From: Bispira polyomma
Taxonomy: Eukaryota
Length of the DNA: 64,000 bases
Direction of reading: 5' to 3'
NCBI GenBank assembly: GCA_965649765.1
Contig: OZ287759.1
Coordinates: 27,652,001 to 27,716,000 of the forward strand
The notes beneath the pieces are model-generated. The model ran no database searches and was not told where the DNA came from. It worked only from the letters and a program-made list of their open reading frames with translations. Positions 60,106-64,000 of the stretch are shown here, piece by piece. Numbering within the stretch: position 1 is the stretch's first letter; each line of letters starts with the position of its first letter. Made by a program: the position numbers and the translations under genes.

Positions 60106-63100
60106 GTAAGTACATTTTACTACATGTTAAATGAAAATCCATTATTATTAAAGATAATCTGTAGGTATATTATGGGAGTTCATGTGTCGGTAAGTACATT
60201 TTCTGCATGTGTATTATAGACATATCTGTTACTGTGTATATATGTAATTAGCGATTATGCCTATTCACTAGAATTTCTGAATCACTGATTTGGTGAGTAA
60301 ATATGTGTAATCACTGAAATTGAAAGTACATTTTACTACACGTTAAATGCAAATCCATTATAATTAAAAATAATCTGTATGTATATGTATAAAATACTAA
60401 TACGAATGTAAAAGTATTTAATAGATTGTCTACGTTCAGAACTTTAGTTGTATGTTGTTTGATTGTGTTTAGTTTATGACAGGTTTAACAAACACAGTGT
60501 TTTGTGTTTACCAAACCAGTCAAATGTAATGTTTTGATCAAAAGAGGTAAAATACCATAAAGTTATGAACTAAAGTAATATATAGAAAACAATTTTAATG
60601 GAGATTAAGTGGAGTTGATATTTATATATGCACTTCAAGAGTAATGTATCATTCAAAATGTACATATTTTGAAGTATTGTAAATGTTATTCCTAAAACTG
60701 CAATTACTTGGGCAGTTTTTCTTGTGTGCAATAGTCTTGCAGACAATTTTACAGTGGCCAGTACTGTGCAAAGCACCAATGCTAACTCTGTCCACTGTTT
60801 TGTATCATGCAGTTGTATCGAAAAGACCAAAAATGTTTCAGCTTTGTTTAGTATTGTCAAATCAGACTCAAAATGTCATGCACGATGTCATGCTAAATGA
60901 TGTCACGTCAGACAAAAACTAGGCAACCTGACTAGATTACATATTTCAATTATCATTTGAAAAGTTGAAACCAAACAATTAATATATGGTTTTTAACAAA
61001 AATACTACAATAATTAGAAGTATATTGTTTTCGTACAATAACATGATAAAAATAACCTGAGAATTATCTTTTTAAAAGAATATTAAGTTAGTACCAACTT
61101 AGGAACCCTTATTCACAGATATAGATGATAACAGAACGTGTATGTATGACACAATAATATATTATAAAACCCTGTCTATTAGTGTCAGTCAGAATACTCT
61201 AATCATTGCCATTGACACTTTAAGCATAAAGTCTACCAGCAATATCACACTCCTATGCCACAAAATACTTTTTTTAATGTTTTTATTCATACAAACATAT
61301 ATTAAAGACATGTTACAAAACACATTGACAATTACAAACAATACAATTTCACCATAATTATAATACATAAGAACAATAATTTTAGTGTACTTTAACTTGT
61401 ATGTATTTAATCAGACTTTTAACCACTACTTCAGTTATTTTTGCTTTAAACTCTAATCACAGAGACCAAATGTTTATGTTACTAAGTTTAATACACCATT
61501 TAAAGAAAGATTAATAACCACATCACCCAGCTGCTTATTAGCAACAAATGAACACAATTTTTGGCTAAGCTATACTACTCAGTAACGAAGATATCTTCTT
61601 GTCGACCCCTTCAACTGCCATATACTAATTTATGAACCTGGAGCTTACTTTTAGTCATATTTAGGAATTCTGCGAAAATTATGTTTTTCCTGTACCAGTT
61701 TATATAACGCTTTCCGAATGTAACAAATATGTTCAGTAATTTATGCCCCAAAACACCCTTAGTGATGCAACTTTCCAGCTTTTGGAGACTGCTGCAAGAT
61801 TCCAGAATAACAATAACAACGGAAATTATTATAACATTTATTTGAGTCATTGTAGTAAACGTGGAAACAATACATAGGGGAAAGTGGGAGAGTCATTAAA
61901 AACAGACTCTGTGAACACAAAAATAGTATAAAAAAAAAAACAAGCAAAATAACCAGACCCCTGGTGTCTTTCACCACAAGCAATCATTCGTGCCACAAAA
62001 TGAGATTTAATGTGATTCAATGGTTAGAAAATAAGGATGAAAGAGATTGTACTTCTATACTTATATGTCATGAATTACGTAATTTGGAACATACGCCCCC
62101 CCCCCCCCCCCCATTGCACGAATTGGGGTAAAACACGTTAACAACCATTCAGATGGCTACATAAAAGTATTTGCCTCTTTTTGTCAGGCTAAATAGCTTT
62201 TTCGTAAATGAGATATATATTTTAGCAAGTGATATTTTATTTACACAGCATTTATTAAATAATACATATACCCAGTAGTGTCATTCAAAAAGACATGGTG
62301 AAAGAAGACAAGCAATACATGCTTGGTACACTTAACCCCTTAAATGCTAGCTTCTTAATTATCCACACGCAGGTGAAAAATATAAACAAGAGGAGAATGG
62401 CCTGGCGGCCATATCATGATAATGCCACTACAAAGCAAAATTCAAAGTAAAATCTGAAACATATGTATAAACAACCGAATCGCCTTAAAAAATGTTTTGA
62501 TAATTTATTTTTCTCATAAGTTTGCTTTAAAAGCTGATAAAAACAATTTTTTACATATTTTGGTAGCTCACAAAAGTTGGTTTGTATAATATTTTTTAAT
62601 ATTTTCATTTTTAGCTGTTATAGCTTGCAAAACATCCGAAATTAGTCCGAAGATAGTGAACTACTAGTTACTATCCCTATAGATAAAAGAAAGTACGAGT
62701 CATCAGTACAGAAGCCACTATAGCACCCCAAACAAATCTATCACTTAACTTAATTCCTTGCTAATCAAAGCCGATGTTTAATCTAATTACAGGTGTTTTT
62801 TTACTAAACTGTCACTGTTCTATGCACAAACATTTTACAAATCACAAAAGGTATACATAGATTAATTATTTTAGTCACACTTACTCGAATCCTTTAATAA
62901 TCTAAATCACAAAAGGTAAATAAAATAGCACTCAGCTAAAATGGCTCATAAGTTTTAAGCTTATAAATATAATACACACATATAAATAGTCAGAGAATAA
63001 ATTTCCTTGTTTCCAGGGGATACATTATTTTGCAAGGGGATACAAAAATTTGGCAAGCCACCTTGCCATATTTTGTTTCCCCATACACCTTTTTTTATGC

Positions 63101-64000
63101 ATTACACTGGTACACTTAGTTCCATTATAATTGTTACCAAACAAAAAAAAATATTTCCTGCCATCAAAAAGCCCTTCATTTCTCACCCCATATGGTTTAT
63201 TCCTATTGTGACACATATAGCTTCTGTAGTTTTTATCCTTTAAAATATTCCAGTTAATCTGTATGCAATATATTGGTTTCACCATATACTTTTTTGTCAG
63301 ATTCATACAGTAAGGAATCTAAAATTTGCTCCTGTATCTAAAATTTTCCACCCCTAATATTTAAGCCAAATAAATAAAAACTGGCAAAAAATAACTGGTA
63401 AGGAAAGCAAATTATTCATAAAAATATTAATTTAAGCAAATATTTACCACAATTCTACCCAAAACACAACATTTTCTTGGTTGCAAATTTCAGATGGTGG
63501 CAAATTTTATATGTATATATATCTTCCCAAACCTAATGTTTGTCATGTATATTATATATTCCTTTTGAAACCATTTGAAATGGGCTGTAATGGAACCTTC
63601 AATCAAATCTGAAGATCCCAATATTTAAAACTTGAATAACTATTACTATACTGCATATAATCACACCAAATTAATTTTGGACCAACTAGAGACAAAAAAG
63701 TGTATATACACCAAATTTAAGAGCACAACTCTCTACAGATTCAGAGATTTTCCCTGTTGACACGTTGTAACCATGCGTAACCAAGGTTCGTTCACTATTT
63801 CCTTTCATCAGGAAAGCGTAATTATGCCAATAAGTATTGGAATAATCATGCAAAAATAATAGGGGAAAGATGATTTATTTGTTACCTAACCACACTAACC
63901 CCACCTAGTGAATACATAATGAAAGGAAAAACATTCCCGATTATGATTTTCATTTACTACACGCTTACAAATACCATTGATATGTCTATAAGGAAACATA

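Overview
AT-rich metazoan genomic DNA, probably from a mollusc or other lophotrochozoan (inferred from the SINE types and promoter motifs). Most entries in the ORF track are spurious. (1) Two head-to-tail paralogues encode a secreted, probably GPI-anchored protein built from 6-Cys (CxxC...CxxC) modules reminiscent of furin-like/VSP/immobilisation-antigen repeats. The 3' end of gene 1 lies at 1423-8048 and the 5' end of gene 2 runs from 50261 past the window end. Every module sits on its own symmetric phase-1 exon, with clear exon-pair duplication, a chimeric exon and a dead pseudo-exon. (2) The ~42 kb between the genes is full of transposable elements. It includes a complete but decayed 5.4-kb PIF/Harbinger transposon (21165-26581, TTA target-site duplication), a second Harbinger remnant, tRNA-derived SINEs, L2 and L1/Tx1 LINE pieces, a Gypsy gag remnant, MITEs and tandem repeats. 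The most striking observation is that both convergent Harbinger genes (transposase and MADF protein) are followed by a replication-dependent-histone-type 3' stem-loop, with a shared CAAGAACAATAT(C)TTGAGCT element 12 nt downstream. The second Harbinger remnant also carries such hairpins, although no histone gene is visible in the window. This suggests transposons that borrow SLBP/U7 histone-mRNA 3' processing.
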